A stretch of 64,000 nucleotides of DNA from Camelus dromedarius (lineage: Eukaryota): the NCBI RefSeq assembly GCF_036321535.1, contig NC_087436.1, forward strand, positions 64,606,001-64,670,000, read 5' to 3'. The notes below the pieces were generated by a model that was given only the letters and a program-made list of their open reading frames with translations, had not been told where the DNA came from and did not search any database. Positions 51,680-64,000 of this stretch are shown here, piece after piece. How positions within the stretch are numbered: the stretch's first letter is position 1; each line of letters starts with the position of its first letter. The position numbers and the translations under genes are program-made.

Positions 51680-52660
51680 GTGCATCAACCACATTCTTGC
51701 CACATTTCTTCACTTTTCCTTGGAGTACACCATTCTCTCTTGCTTCTTTCCTTCCTCAGCAGCTGGTCCTTTTTCACTTCCTTTGCTGATTCCTCCTCAT
51801 TTCCACAATCTCTCATTGTTGCTCTGGCCCTGAGTGTAATCCTAGATGTAGTCTAGACACCATCCATTCTTTCTCTGTATGTGATCTCATATAGTCAAAT
51901 GACTCTAAACATCGTCTCATGATTCCCACATTTCTCTGTTCATGTCTTACCTCCAGGCTCCTAGATGCCACAGCTGGCTTCTAATAAGTCTCACAAATCT
52001 AAAACTACACTTCCCGTATTCTCCTGAGTCTTTCCTTCTGAGTAGATGGTTCCCCTGGCCTTGCAGGTAGTCCAGCCCTAAACCATACACTATCTTTGAC
52101 TTGTTTCCTGTCACTCAATTCTATAAGCACATCCTACCAGATCCAGCATCTGACAATTTAGCATCTTCATCGCTACCACCTGAATTCAAGCCCCTGTCAT
52201 CTCTCTTCTGCCCTTTTGTTATAGCCCTTTAATCGGTCTCCCTGCTTTCCTTCTTGTCCTTCCTAAGTTTATCCTCAGCATAATTGCCACAGGGATACTG
52301 TTAAAATGTGAGTCACTCCTCTGATTCATTCTTAAGAAGCAGTTCCGTAATCTCTTTAAAATGTAAATCAAGTACTTCATACCTTTGATCCAACCTGAAA
52401 GACTTCTTATCTCAGTAAGAGCAAAATCCCCAATCCTGGCCTCTTCAGCAGCTCTTGACCTCCTCTCACTACTTCTTGCTCACTTGGCTTCAGCCATGCC
52501 GGCCTCCTTGCCTTTCCACAAACACCTGGTGTGCTCTGGTTAGGCCTGAAAGTCTCCCTTCTCTAGCCCCCCAGATAGCCACGTGGTCAAATTTCTCATC
52601 TCCTTCAAGTCTTTGTTCCACTGTCACCTTCTCAAAGAGGCTTTCCCTGTCCCCCCTAAC
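51680..52660 (+). mobile_element. LINE-2 fragment
   Basis: ctcctttgctgattcctcctc, aatcggtctccctgcttt and gtcaccttctcaaagaggctttccctg. Confidence 0.6.
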
Positions 52661-55600
52661 ATTTCAGATTATTCCACCCCCACAAAATACTGCGGGCGGA
52701 AAGGCAAAACAATCCCTGGCCTCTGTGACTTTATAGTTTATCAACAGAGAGAAGTCTTAGGATTGATTTTTGAATGGGGTGCCAACAAAGGTTTCATAGC
52801 TAGGTCAGTTTAGGCAGAGAAAAGAAGGAAAGGGATGCTCCAAGGTGGCAACACCTCTGGTTGACTCCTGCATTTTCTCTGCTTCTCTTGTCTAAGGAAA
52901 CATTCGATTGTCTTCTCTTTTAGATACAAAAGCAATCATTACAGAAATTCACATAATGTAATTTTATACCAAACTGGTAGTATTAATGTCATTTTTAAGC
53001 CTTTTTATTATGGAATTACCTGCAGGTTTATTTGTCTGTTGTTCATTAGAGTGTTAAATACACTAAATTCAAACGTCCGTTTCTTCTCTTACCTTAATTC
53101 TCTTTGTAAACACCCTTTGTAGGAGGAGTATTTTAGTTTACAGGATCATAAGTTTCAAACTCATTGGCTAATTAACATTTCTACTGTGGTTTTGTAGAGC
53201 ATAGTAACAAATGCTTTAGAAAACAGTCTGACAACTTATATCACCTATAGCTTTTTCCTCTACTCAAATTATGATTCTTGGGGAGATAATTTTTTTTTTA
53301 ATCTCCCTACTCTATCCTGTCTGTTCAATTTGACATTGATTTTTATTATCTTTAAAAGCTTTCGCTTTCCATAGTTTGATGCTTTCATCTCTCCTTCTCT
53401 CCTTCTTTTCTTTTTTACCTTAGTGTATCCTACTGCCCCCACTCCAGCTTTACCCCAGTCCACATATAGGCATTATTTTGCTATTTAATATCATTGTATT
53501 TCTTCTTTAATTTAGTGTTGATTTAAAACGTCCTAAAAATATCCTCCACTGCTTATAATGCTCTTAGTAGGAACTAGTTGATGTGTTTACTAACTGTACT
53601 CTATTTGTTTTGGATCACAAAATTTTATCCTTTTTTTTTTTAAACATTCAGACTATTCTGTGGTTGCTTTTCTTGTTTCCTCTATTTCATTCCACTGTGT
53701 CCAGTAAATAAAGTAATAGAGCTAGAGAACTACTGGGCTCTGAAGGAATTAGGCTAGGATTTTCCAAGCCGTTATTTATATGGCTTTCTAAGCTAGGCAA
53801 TAAGGTCAACTTGTATATAAGATTTTAAAAGCATGTGAGCAAAAATATGGCTGAACTAAACCACTTTTCCTACCTTGTTATAGAGAATTCAAGGGATTGC
53901 CGGTTTACTTCGTATATCCTTACGGTGTGAGCATTACAGTTTAAAGATCTTCTATGGTTGGTTACTTGCTGATTTAAAAATCCGATCATGGAACTTTTAA
54001 GATATTAATTTTGTAAAAAATCAATGTTAGCTCAAGTTATTGAGTCGAGGCTGTGAGATAATTGTCTACAAGGTTATTATGTAGAAAACCCCTCCTCTGT
54101 TTAAATGCAATAAATTTACTCACGAGAATGGAAAAAAGAAATCCTAATAACCATCCTCTTTTTCTGTTTCCTGAAATTGTTTTAGCTAAGAAAACCAAAT
54201 GATAATGGAATAATGGAGTAAAAATGGGATGTACATGCTTGTGTACATGAGGTTACATATTTGTATTTCCATTCTGTCTTATTCAGTACGTGACACATAG
54301 TAGGCAGCCAGCAAATACCGTTAGGATGTGCCAAATTTTATTAGGTGTTTTTGGCTTGGTGTAGTTTTTGTTTACTTGCTTTTTATAATCTAGTTATGCA
54401 AACTTACTTTCTTTGTTAAGCCTAATTCAATTTGTCTCTATTTTAACTTTTCTTTCTCATTGTGCTAAATGTATCTTTTCTTACATGTCAAAGGAAATGG
54501 CTGTAGGAGAATAATATATAAATGACAACAATAAACATATCTAGGTAATTCATTTCTGACATTTCTGTGGTTCCCTTTCGTCATATGTCAGCTCCTCTAC
54601 CCTGTTCCCCACATGAACTAACTCCTTTAGAAGTGCTTTCAGAAATTGTGCGTGTTAATGAAAACAGTATTAGGAGAAGTTACCTATTTTGTCTGAGACT
54701 CAGGAAGTTTGCTGAATGATCCTTAGTAAATTATATTTTAACAAAACCACTGAGTTTAATCGTTGTATTCAAAGGATAGTCAAGAAATTTTCACCCATGA
54801 AAGCCTAGCTCTGTTTATTTCTTAGGAGCTTAGTATAAGTGGGTCAACAAAGAAAATTTAGGAGAGGATCTGTGGTCCTCTCCACTGTTAGTGATATTAA
54901 GAGCACAGAGTATTTGCTAGGTTAGGGTGATCAACTTCTTAGAGAGCCAACTGGGAAACAGCAGAACCAGATCAAAAAATAGACTTGGTATGTAGTAAGT
55001 GATTATGCCCCTGTAGCCTCTTCAGAGTTCATCGGACAGATTTGGAGAAACATATAAATGTGTTTTACTGTGATCTTTTTCTCCATTCTCATCTGTCATA
55101 ATTTCAAAATTAGAGGAAGACATTTTTTTGTCTCACACTTTGGAAATAATGATTTTACAGAAGGTCAGTATTTGAATATCTTGCCTATGGCCAGCTCCAG
55201 TGCTAGCCATCTTCAAGGCACATGTCTTGGGAGACTGTCTCTTTCCATTTCTAGAAAGTTAAAAGGCTCATTAAGTATTTCTACGCATTTTGAGGAAACT
55301 GAAAAGGACCTCATAATTTCATTATGAAACTTCATTATCATAGGTAAGCAAATCACATCCGTTTTTAGCAGCCCTGTCTACAAGGTATACAGGACATTTC
55401 GTAGGTAAGAACTGCTCATTTTCTTTTGTAAGTTTATAAGCTGAATGTAACTTTCCGTAAGTTACATTTGCACTGTCAAATACGCAGATAGATGAGCAAA
55501 GTCTACTTTATCTGGACAAGATGTCAAAACAGTCTTTTGTCTTTTCTGAAGTTTCGTAAAAATCTTTATGGAAATCAAGAAGATGATTTGAAGCTTCATT

Positions 55601-56669
55601 TTTCATATCAAAATACATAAGAGTTGGGGAAACATTATTTCTTTGGTATTGTTCAACACATCACTTGATACACTGTGGAAAGCATGATGTGAAAGTAAGA
55701 TCTGAGAGAATCAGTTCTATGCTATAAAGAGCCTACACTATAAAGAAAAAACATTGGTTATCAAAATTTCCCCTTTTGTTTACACACAGGACATTTGAGT
55801 TGCATCTTCTGAATCAAGAAAATTAACTTTACTCAGGTGCATAGGTAAATCAAGGGAATAAAACTGTAAGGCATGTTAATTCTTGTGGAATATTCAAACT
55901 TATTCCATGACCATTAATTTCAACTCAATACTGGTGCCTTTTGAGGGGAAATTAACCAAAAAAAGAAATCTTTTTATCTTACAAAAACTTATGTGTCATC
56001 CTAGATTTGTGAGATTCAGCCTCCATATGCACATTCACACAATCTTTTCTCTCATGCTTGTCCCAAATTCATTTCTTCATTTTGTCCAGTGTGTTCTCTT
56101 TTGGCTCTCTAATCTAATTTCATGTGTCCTTTCATGTAACTTTAAAATGACACAGTTGTTTAGCCTTCTCTTTCAGTATTGTCATGTTACTATATTACAT
56201 TTGTTCTCAGTTTCATCAGTGAACACTTTAAAAAAATTGTCACAATATTCGCAGGGTTAAAAATTAAATTAGCCCAATTTTGATACAAAGTATAACAGTT
56301 AATCCAAAGTCAAAGAGGAACTCAGGATCACAAGGCACTGAAGTTGCATACTTAAGTTTCATCACTCAGAGTGATGCAATAATGGATGATCCTCCACTGG
56401 GAACTGCAAATCATGGTTGCCAAAACAGTAGTCAGGGGAAAGAACAGCGGGAGTCACTAAGGAAGGTAGATAATCAGTACAACAGACATTTGATGCTAAA
56501 AACAGTGTTGCTTCCAGCCTCTATTTCTAGCTTGTCATATGGATTTTGGAATTCTGAACCTATCTCTGGTCTCTGGAATTTTTCGTGTCTTGGAGAGGAC
56601 TTTTCCAGGATGCAAAAATTTAGTGCTAAAATTAGGACACTCCTGAGCAAACCTAGACAGTTGGTCACC

Positions 56670-56880
56670 CTACCACTAATCCTATCATCTCTACTGCATA
56701 CTAGTTGAACGATTTGACATAAATTACTTATTTTCTGTGCTTCAGTTTCTTCATTTGTAAATTGGAGATAATAATAGTACCATATCTTAGTGTTTTATAG
56801 GACTAAGTGACTACCCTAATAAACTAAATAAGCACTTCTAATAGAATCTGACATTTTAAAAGTTATGTCTTAGCTATCAT
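56670..56880 (+). mobile_element. MIR SINE
   Basis: aaattacttattttctgtgcttcagtttcttcatttgtaaattggagataataatagtacc. Confidence 0.7.
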
Positions 56881-58744
56881 CATCATCATCGTCACCATCT
56901 TCATCACTATACTTAACTCAGAGACACTAAGGACGAAATTTTCTGTCTACCTAGCTTCATTTCCCATTTCCTACCCTCACTCCAGACACTCCTAAAGTCT
57001 TTTTTCTTATACTGCATGATTATTTCATTTACTTAAAAAACTTCTAATTGGTCAATAATTCCTTTTTGTTTATCAACTTTAATCTACTTTTTTTAAACTT
57101 ATATCTGCATTTAACTCTCAACTACTTATGAGAGACTTAATTTCCGCATTTCCTACAATTTCATTTTGTTTACTTCATTAAGGTAGTTGTGGATCTGGTT
57201 CACCAAATATGATGAGATTTATTTTTCTTAATTCAAAGTAAGAACATTTCAAATAAGAGTATATATGCTGTGCTTCTGAAACCAAAGAGATTTTCTGAAC
57301 AAGTTCTATTGAATCCAAAGGACAGTTGGCTATGATTATTTTTGTGTGCTGTTACTTGCCAGTGTCTTAGCCATTAAAGCCTGAAAATATTTGGGTTTTT
57401 TTCAGTTTGATACAAATTTGAAAATTATTGCTGAGGGTTTTTTTTTTGGCTAATTTACTATAAAAATTGTAAGAAATGCAGTTATATCGTTCTTACTGTG
57501 TTACTCAACTTTGACCTTTACTCTATTCTGCAAAGGAAATCCTGATTTCCTCAGACCATTGAGCCCTTTATTTTTCCAAGCATTTGTGGGGTGACCTTTG
57601 TGTTTGATGATCTGTTAGAGCAATGTGAGGAGCTTATTTCACAGAGTTCTTACCACATTTATCAGAAAATAGGCCTTTCATTACCCTACTGGCTTCAGTG
57701 AAATCCATGAGTGAAAGCAATGCCTTATGCCGATGCGATACATTAGTACCAAAGCAAGTGCTCCTACATTTGCAAAAAAGAAAAAAAAAACTCATTTTAA
57801 CTATGTTACAAGTATTTCAGAACAAGATATGTTTAAGAGGCAATTTAAAAATCATATCATTATGCCTTTAACTAATCTGATTCAACATTAAAATAGTACA
57901 TTTTTATACAGAAAGTAAAACAGGTTCTTGAAAACTACTGACCTACAGTTAATAATTATTACAGGATGATTGTTCAAGCAGTGTCTGGAAAATGCAACAG
58001 TCTGAAAATATAAAAAAGAGAAAAAACATCAGAGGGGTTCAAAATTAATTCGTAAAGTTTGTGTCCCATCTGGAAGCACTTACACAATTAAAATGAAAAA
58101 AATTTCAAAATCTATTTCTCCATCTTGTTTGCTGACTTGCTTTTTGAACAATAAAGTTAGAAATATCAAGATTTCCATAAAGGTCTTATTGAGCTGTTTT
58201 TAAATCATAGGGCAAAAGTCACATTTCCCTATTCCATGAATTTGGACCTAGTTTCATTAAATGTACCTATTGGTATATTTGAGAGTTTTATATTGACAGA
58301 ATGACTTTCACAAAACATCATTGCTTAAGCCATCTTTTTTCCTTCAGTGTAGTACGCTTCCCTTTTGTGGTATTTGAATTACTCGGTGACCCCCACATTG
58401 ATAGGACAAAACAGATTTATTGAGGTAGAAATAAAAGGAAAAATTAGGAACTTTCTAATAGCTGGCATTTCATATATGAATATAATTTTTATAGAAAGCC
58501 CAAAAAACAATTATTGATTTCATAAAAATTTCTTTCTAGAGTGGACAGAATCAGTGAATTTCTTGAAAGTATATTCTGAGGAATCATTCTGTCATTCTGC
58601 TTCCAGATTTTTCTCTCACAGCTCCCCATGTTCTCTTAAGAAATTAATTTCCTTGAAGTTTTTGATACTTTTGTTTATTTTTTACTTTTGGTGAGTTTTT
58701 CAAGCATTCTTGATAACAAATAGTTTATGGTACACACAATGGGA

Positions 58745-58872
58745 AAATTAATATATATAAATATAATAAATATATAAATGTATGAATATAAATCTGTATA
58801 ATTTAGTAAATATATATTTATATATGAGTATATATGAATAAAGAAATATATATAAATATATTTATATATCTT
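58745..58872. repeat. AT-rich low-complexity (TA)n-like tract
   Basis: aatatatataaatataataaatatataaatg...atatatatttatatatc. Confidence 0.8.
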
Positions 58873-59329
58873 TCGTACATGATTTGTCTTTTTGTTACAA
58901 CTTAAGGAAGAATATATAGGTGAAATTGAGTCCCTCTGTGTTTTATTATTTAAATGTCATAATCACAATTATACAATAATGAAGGTAGAATTCAGATTCT
59001 AAAGTTGAAATCTGCCCCCTTCAGATGCTATGGGCATATTGTGGCCTTAATTTATCAATAACACAAATATTATTAATAGTGTAAACTAAGCTGACTATGT
59101 TATAAAGCAAAATTAGGTAATTCATTAGTTGCTTGGAATAATGTTTGGTGTCCCTGGTTAAAATAACATTTTTTTTTTATTTTTGTTGCAGTCATTATTT
59201 TTCTAATCAACCCTGTAACATTCATACAGACTTCTGAGTATTTAAATGAAGTCTGTTCTTAAACATGAAAAAAATCCATAAATGTTTTTAGGTTAAAGTA
59301 GCCAATAACAAAGAAACATTGACTTTCAT

Positions 59330-59520
59330 AGTTTCACATATATTGTCTTAATTATTCATCACAATAATCTGAAGCCACAGTTATTTTATCTCTATGTATA
59401 TGAAGTTTCTGATACTCAGAAGGGTAAGTGGTTTGTTCAAGGTGACAATTACAAATTTGGAGTGACAAGGGTAAAGCCACATCTTTAGACTCTGAGACTT
59501 ACTACAGTCCTCTTACTCCT
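59330..59520 (-). mobile_element. MIR SINE
   Basis: taattcatcacaataatct...gatactcagaagggtaagtggtttgttcaaggtgaca. Confidence 0.55.
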
Positions 59521-59779
59521 CTGCATAGTTTTACCTCCATTGTCGTAATTGTTTGACATCTGCTGTTTCAACATATTTAAGACATTGTGGTATAGCAACC
59601 TTCGCAGTCTCCATCTCTAATTTTCTTTATCTTTTACTCAAGACTTTAGAGCAGGTGATTTATGAACCAAAGAGTCCCAAAGATTGAGGTGGGCAGCATG
59701 ATACAACTTTTTGTTTATAATCTAAATCCATTTTATAATTCACAGTAATTAAAGAGAGATTCAGTCGACACCTTAATTG

Positions 59780-60700
59780 TACATCCACTCTATGATAGAC
59801 AGCTTTCTAGGACCCAGGGGTACATTGGTGATCAGAAGAGATGAAACAACTTATTCTCTTGGAATGTACTTTCTGATAGGGGTCACAGACAATAAACAAA
59901 AAGTATTAATAAAATATATAGTCTGGGTAAATGTTAAAGAGAAAAATAATTCAGGAAAAGTAATAGAGAGTCAGAAAGAGTAAATGACATTTGCAATTTT
60001 AGATAGAGTGATTCAGAAAAACTCTGTAAGAGGGTGACATTTGAATGAAGTACTGAAGTTGGGTGGAAAGTAAGCCACGCAGCTATCTTTTGGAAGAGTA
60101 TTCCAGACTGAGGGAATATCAAGCACAAAGCCTCTGAGGCTGGAATGTGCTTGACATATTCAAAGACCAGAGGAGGCCAACTGGGGCAGAGTGAACTGAA
60201 TGAGGGGGAGAATAGGAAGTGCTTCCACAGGAGTGCGCATGTTAGACCTTTGTAAAGACTTTGGTTTTTACTTTCATTGAGATGGGAGACATTGGATACT
60301 TCCATCAGTGAGTCTTATTTTCTGGCTTATATTTAAAAAGAATCTCTCAGTCTTGTTGAATGTAGAGGAAAGGAGAATGAGCGTCAAAGTAGGGAAATTG
60401 ATTAGGAGGCTATTGAAGAAAATCAGGTAGCTCTAACTAATTTGGTGCAATTGAGGTGACAAATAGCTCTCAGATAGAGGACAGGCCCTACAAGATTTCT
60501 TGATGGATTAACAGTAGTGTATGAAAGAGAGAATTCAATATGACTCTTACGTTCCTGGCCAGAACACTTCAAAGAATGAAGTTGCTGTTTACTGAAATGA
60601 AGAAACAGAAGGAAGAGTAGATTTTGGGGTGTGGGAAGAGAAACAGGATAAGATAAGGGGCTCAGTTTTGAAATGTAATATTTGACATTGATATTTTATA
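59780..60700 (-). mobile_element. LINE-2 fragment
   Basis: ccttgtaaagactttggtttttact, gggtgacatttga and gttgctgtttactgaaatg. Homologous to the 24.5-25.7 kb copy. Confidence 0.7.
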
Positions 60701-61423
60701 AAATCCAGTAAAGATTAAATAGATACTAAAGCAATACCGACATGAGAGGTTCAGCTCTAAAGCATTTGATCTAAGTGGAGCAGGATTATTATAACCATTC
60801 AAACACAGTTATTTATTTAGTATTTTTTATGTGTCAAGCCCAGTACTAAGAGCTGGGATATAATATTAATAAAACTTAAGATTGAGTCGCTCTCAAGTCA
60901 CATGATGTTACACATGTTTATATCATAGGTAATTGAGTTACATAGTGATCACAGACATGGCACCTTGAAAACAGGAATACTTGATTCATTATCACATTGT
61001 TACAGCTATACCTAGGAGTTTTATTCAGTTGGCCGTCCTCTCGCAGGGGTTTGGTTTTTATCGTGGGTTGGCCTCCTGAAAGTTTGGTTATAACAGACTA
61101 TTAAAAAGAAGGCTATCATCACAACTCTTACTGGCATTTAGTGTCCATTGTTCTTTTTCTCCATCTTATTGATGAAATTCAAGTGGTAAGTTATATTTGA
61201 TTACAGTATAGCATATACAAGGTGATTGGTGTTTACGTTTTCTGAGCTAGACAATAATACCTGAAAGGTGATTACTAATTAATCATTAGACCTTTTGTTT
61301 TGTTGTTTGAGCAGTATGTACCTTTTGTACTGATGTTTTGACATTTGGTGTTCTTCTGTTAGTAACTCTGAATGGGGTTTTTAAAAGGCCTACAAAGGTA
61401 TTGAGTAAAGTAGATACATTTCT

Positions 61424-61552
61424 TTGGGGGAGGGGTAGAGAAGGTGATTAGGTTTGTTTGTTTGTTTGTTTTAATGGGCGTACTGGGGATTGAACCCAGG
61501 ATCTCATGCATGCTAAGCAGGCACGCTACCACTGAGCTATACCCTCCCTCAC
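61424..61552 (-). mobile_element. tRNA-derived SINE (camelid Vic-1-like)
   Basis: Reverse complement reads GGGAGGGTATAGCTCAGTGGTAGCG...GGGTTCAATCCCCAGTAC...(AAAC)n. TSD ta(g/a)atacatttct at 61411-61423 and 61553-61565. Confidence 0.9.
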
Positions 61553-63681
61553 TAAATACATTTCTAATAATGCAACTACCAAAAAAGGCAGTTTTTTGGA
61601 TTATTCTTCTTTTTCTTTTTTCTGTTCTTTTTTTCCTTTTTTTTTTTTTTTTTTTTTTAGTGCTTTAGGTCTTTAGCATACATTTGAGAATGTATTATAC
61701 TTTGCCATTATGGAAAACTGCTGTGCTGAATGTTGGCGCTTGTTACTCAATTACAGCATCTTTCCTTTGAGTCAAAGAAGAGAGCAAATAGCCCTCTGTG
61801 CAGGGAACCGGGTAGCACTAACCCTCTCCACTCTCCACTAGTAAAAGTAATTTTAAGCTATCAGAGACCCAACACTACTTTAGCAGTATCCCCTGGAGAA
61901 CAAAGCAGTTAAAACAAAATTTCATATAGTTTTCTTTCATGATTTGAGCTCCTTCTGAGAAATACTTGCAGAGTTATGCAGGAATATTTCAAAACTGATT
62001 CACTGACAGTGTCCTAGCAGAGCTCTTTATCAAATAACAGCTGTGAAGTCACATCTGGCAGTATGCGAAGTGCTGGGATTCAGGTTACAGCATGGTGGCT
62101 CACTTGTGAGAAGAATTTTCACATTCAGGATAATCTTTGTATGGAATTTGTATAAAACATAAAAGCACAAAGTTTGAATAAAAACAAAAATAGAAAACCT
62201 GGCTATTTATGTATTTTTTAAGGTGAGCTAACAGTGTGGAAGACAACTGTATGTAGTATACCTTCCATCCTAAAACAAAAATCAACATGTATGATCTACA
62301 CAGTTGGAAAAGATGTCAATTAGAAACACGTCTCTTTGTTTTTAACTAAAAAATCTCCCTTGCACACATTACATTTTTACTACTCATGCCTATGTACCTA
62401 AAAATCAATGTCATTGATTTGTGTTTTTTACAATTTTACATAAGTAGATCATACTGTATAGATATATTTGCCACTTGCATTCTTTAAAAAAAATCTAAAA
62501 ATAGATTTTTAAGAAGTATCTATGTGACTGTAAATCTAGAACACCAATTTTCTACTACTCTTTAGAAGATCATTCCATAATTCAACCATTATTTATTTAT
62601 TCTTCTACTGATGGAAGTTAGGTCTTTAAGACTTTTCAAGAAACCTAGAAAGAAAAGAGGAATTGATAATCATAGACAATTTCTCACCTCTGCTACAACA
62701 TCTTGGCACACCAATGTGTTGAGCCACCATAAATTCTAAAGCCTCAAAGAAGTGGTTTTAGATGGAGCCAAACTATCATAGGGTAGGAATAGAGTTTTGA
62801 ATCTTAGGACAAAGACAGAAATGAGACAGGGGACAAACCAAGGAACATGGCAGGCATGGAACTCACGGTACTATTTTAACAGAACCAAAACATGCAGTTT
62901 CAGGACAGATGTTTTCTTGAGCATATTTCTTCTCCATAGCTCTCCTGTGTGTTTTATGCTGCTATAGGGTATAGAAATTCTGAATGCTTATCTTCTGTCT
63001 CTGTATAACAGGCTGTATTCATGCAGCACCCTTCAAGGGCCTCTCCTTAAGCCATTCAGTAGGAATATAAATCCAGTGAATATCTCCATTCTTTTAAATT
63101 GTCCACTAAATAAGTGATATAACATCTGTGGCTGTTCATCAGAATTAACTGAGCATCTTTATAAAATTAGGTCCTTTTATGAACTCAACCTTGAAAATTT
63201 TGATAAAGGATTCATAAGACAGAGGAACTGTAATTCTTTACAAAAATCCCTCAATGCTTCAAAAAGCATTTCAGTTGAGATACCATTCCTCTAATATATA
63301 GCTTAATTTTAAAAATAACGTATTCCCTAGTTGGAGTTGTCAAAAAATTGACCTAAGAAAGTGATATGGGGTAAAGAAACAAAAAGCTTTACCTTGAAGT
63401 TTTGACCAGAATTAAGGTGATTTGCTTCAACTATTTATATACTGAAAATGTACACAGCTAAAAAAGGTGCAAACACTACTGACAAACTGATTTATAACTC
63501 ACAGAAAAGATAAAATGCTCTACCTGTAGACTAGAAAACCCAAATAATTAAGTTATTTATTGCACGTGTGGAGGATATTTAATACATTATTAAAATCATG
63601 CCTCACGAATCCAGGCCCTTATAAAACTTTGCAGTTGGTTACATATAATTGCAACTTAAGGCTTTTCTGTTGTGTTTCCAG

Positions 63682-63891
63682 CACAGTGATGCGGTCCATG
63701 ACCTTCTTCTGGATGTGATCACATGGGTTGGAATTTTGCTGTCCCTTGTTTGTCTCCTGATTTGCATCTTCACATTCTGTTTCTTCCGTGGGCTCCAGAG
63801 TGACCGTAACACCATCCATAAGAACCTCTGCATCAGCCTTTTTGTAGCAGAACTGCTCTTCCTGATTGGGATCAACCGAACCGACCAACCA
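63682..63891 (+). CDS. ADGRL3: ADGRL3 coding exon: TM1, ICL1 and TM2 of the 7TM domain
   Basis: Borders ttccag|CAC and CCA|gtaagc; 210 nt, phase 0-0. Encodes [70 protein letters not shown]. Confidence 0.97.
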
Positions 63892-64000
63892 GTAAGCAGC
63901 CTACGTTAACATTAGAAAAAAATGTCTTCACTTTCAGCTTTCCAATCAAAATATTTTTACTTGAAAGATCTCTTCAAGTCATCTAAGATAGTTACTGAGT

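Noticed and set aside
52690..52872. Short GC-richer TG...CA segment, possibly an LTR fragment
   Set aside because: No TSD or clear promoter/poly(A) layout; it cannot be assigned without a database search.
55444..55468. 10-bp hairpins here and at 26960-26982, and 8-bp stems near 2618 and 50835
   Set aside because: Short and mostly AT-rich; compatible with chance in 64 kb.
55883..56708. Two consecutive ORFs of 125 and 142 aa
   Set aside because: TTG starts, no domain resemblance, and the second runs into a MIR.
1..64000. The reported ADHD-associated conserved enhancer in ADGRL3; CRISPR arrays or prokaryotic systems
   Set aside because: I cannot place the enhancer from sequence alone. No regularly spaced repeats or operon-like structure were seen; this is eukaryotic intron/exon DNA.

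Overview
Mammalian, AT-rich genomic DNA lying entirely inside the adhesion GPCR gene ADGRL3 (latrophilin-3, LPHN3) on the + strand. Nine internal coding exons with canonical AG/GT borders and matching phases can be spliced by hand: 4537-4839, 7226-7329, 16990-17175, 20154-20192, 38691-38874, 39830-39952, 48743-48951, 49648-49824 and 63682-63891. They encode the Ser/Thr linker, hormone-receptor domain, the whole GAIN domain with its GPS cleavage site (HL|TNFAVLM), and TM1-TM2. The introns hold ancient L2, MIR and old L1 fragments, solo LTRs, three tRNA-derived SINEs, and a 3.8 kb 5'-truncated young L1 with an 11-bp TSD. The SINE and L1 3' UTR styles suggest a camelid genome (inference). I found no evidence of a new biological system. 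The best leads are regulatory or structural: the splicing architecture of the 39-nt GAIN exon, candidate poison splice sites, a Leu-to-Ser change in GAIN, an intronic (CTG)19, nested retrotransposons, a ~34-bp L1 insertion, and an antisense LTR promoter next to the small exon. Repeat family names and orthologue comparisons come from memory and were not checked against a database.
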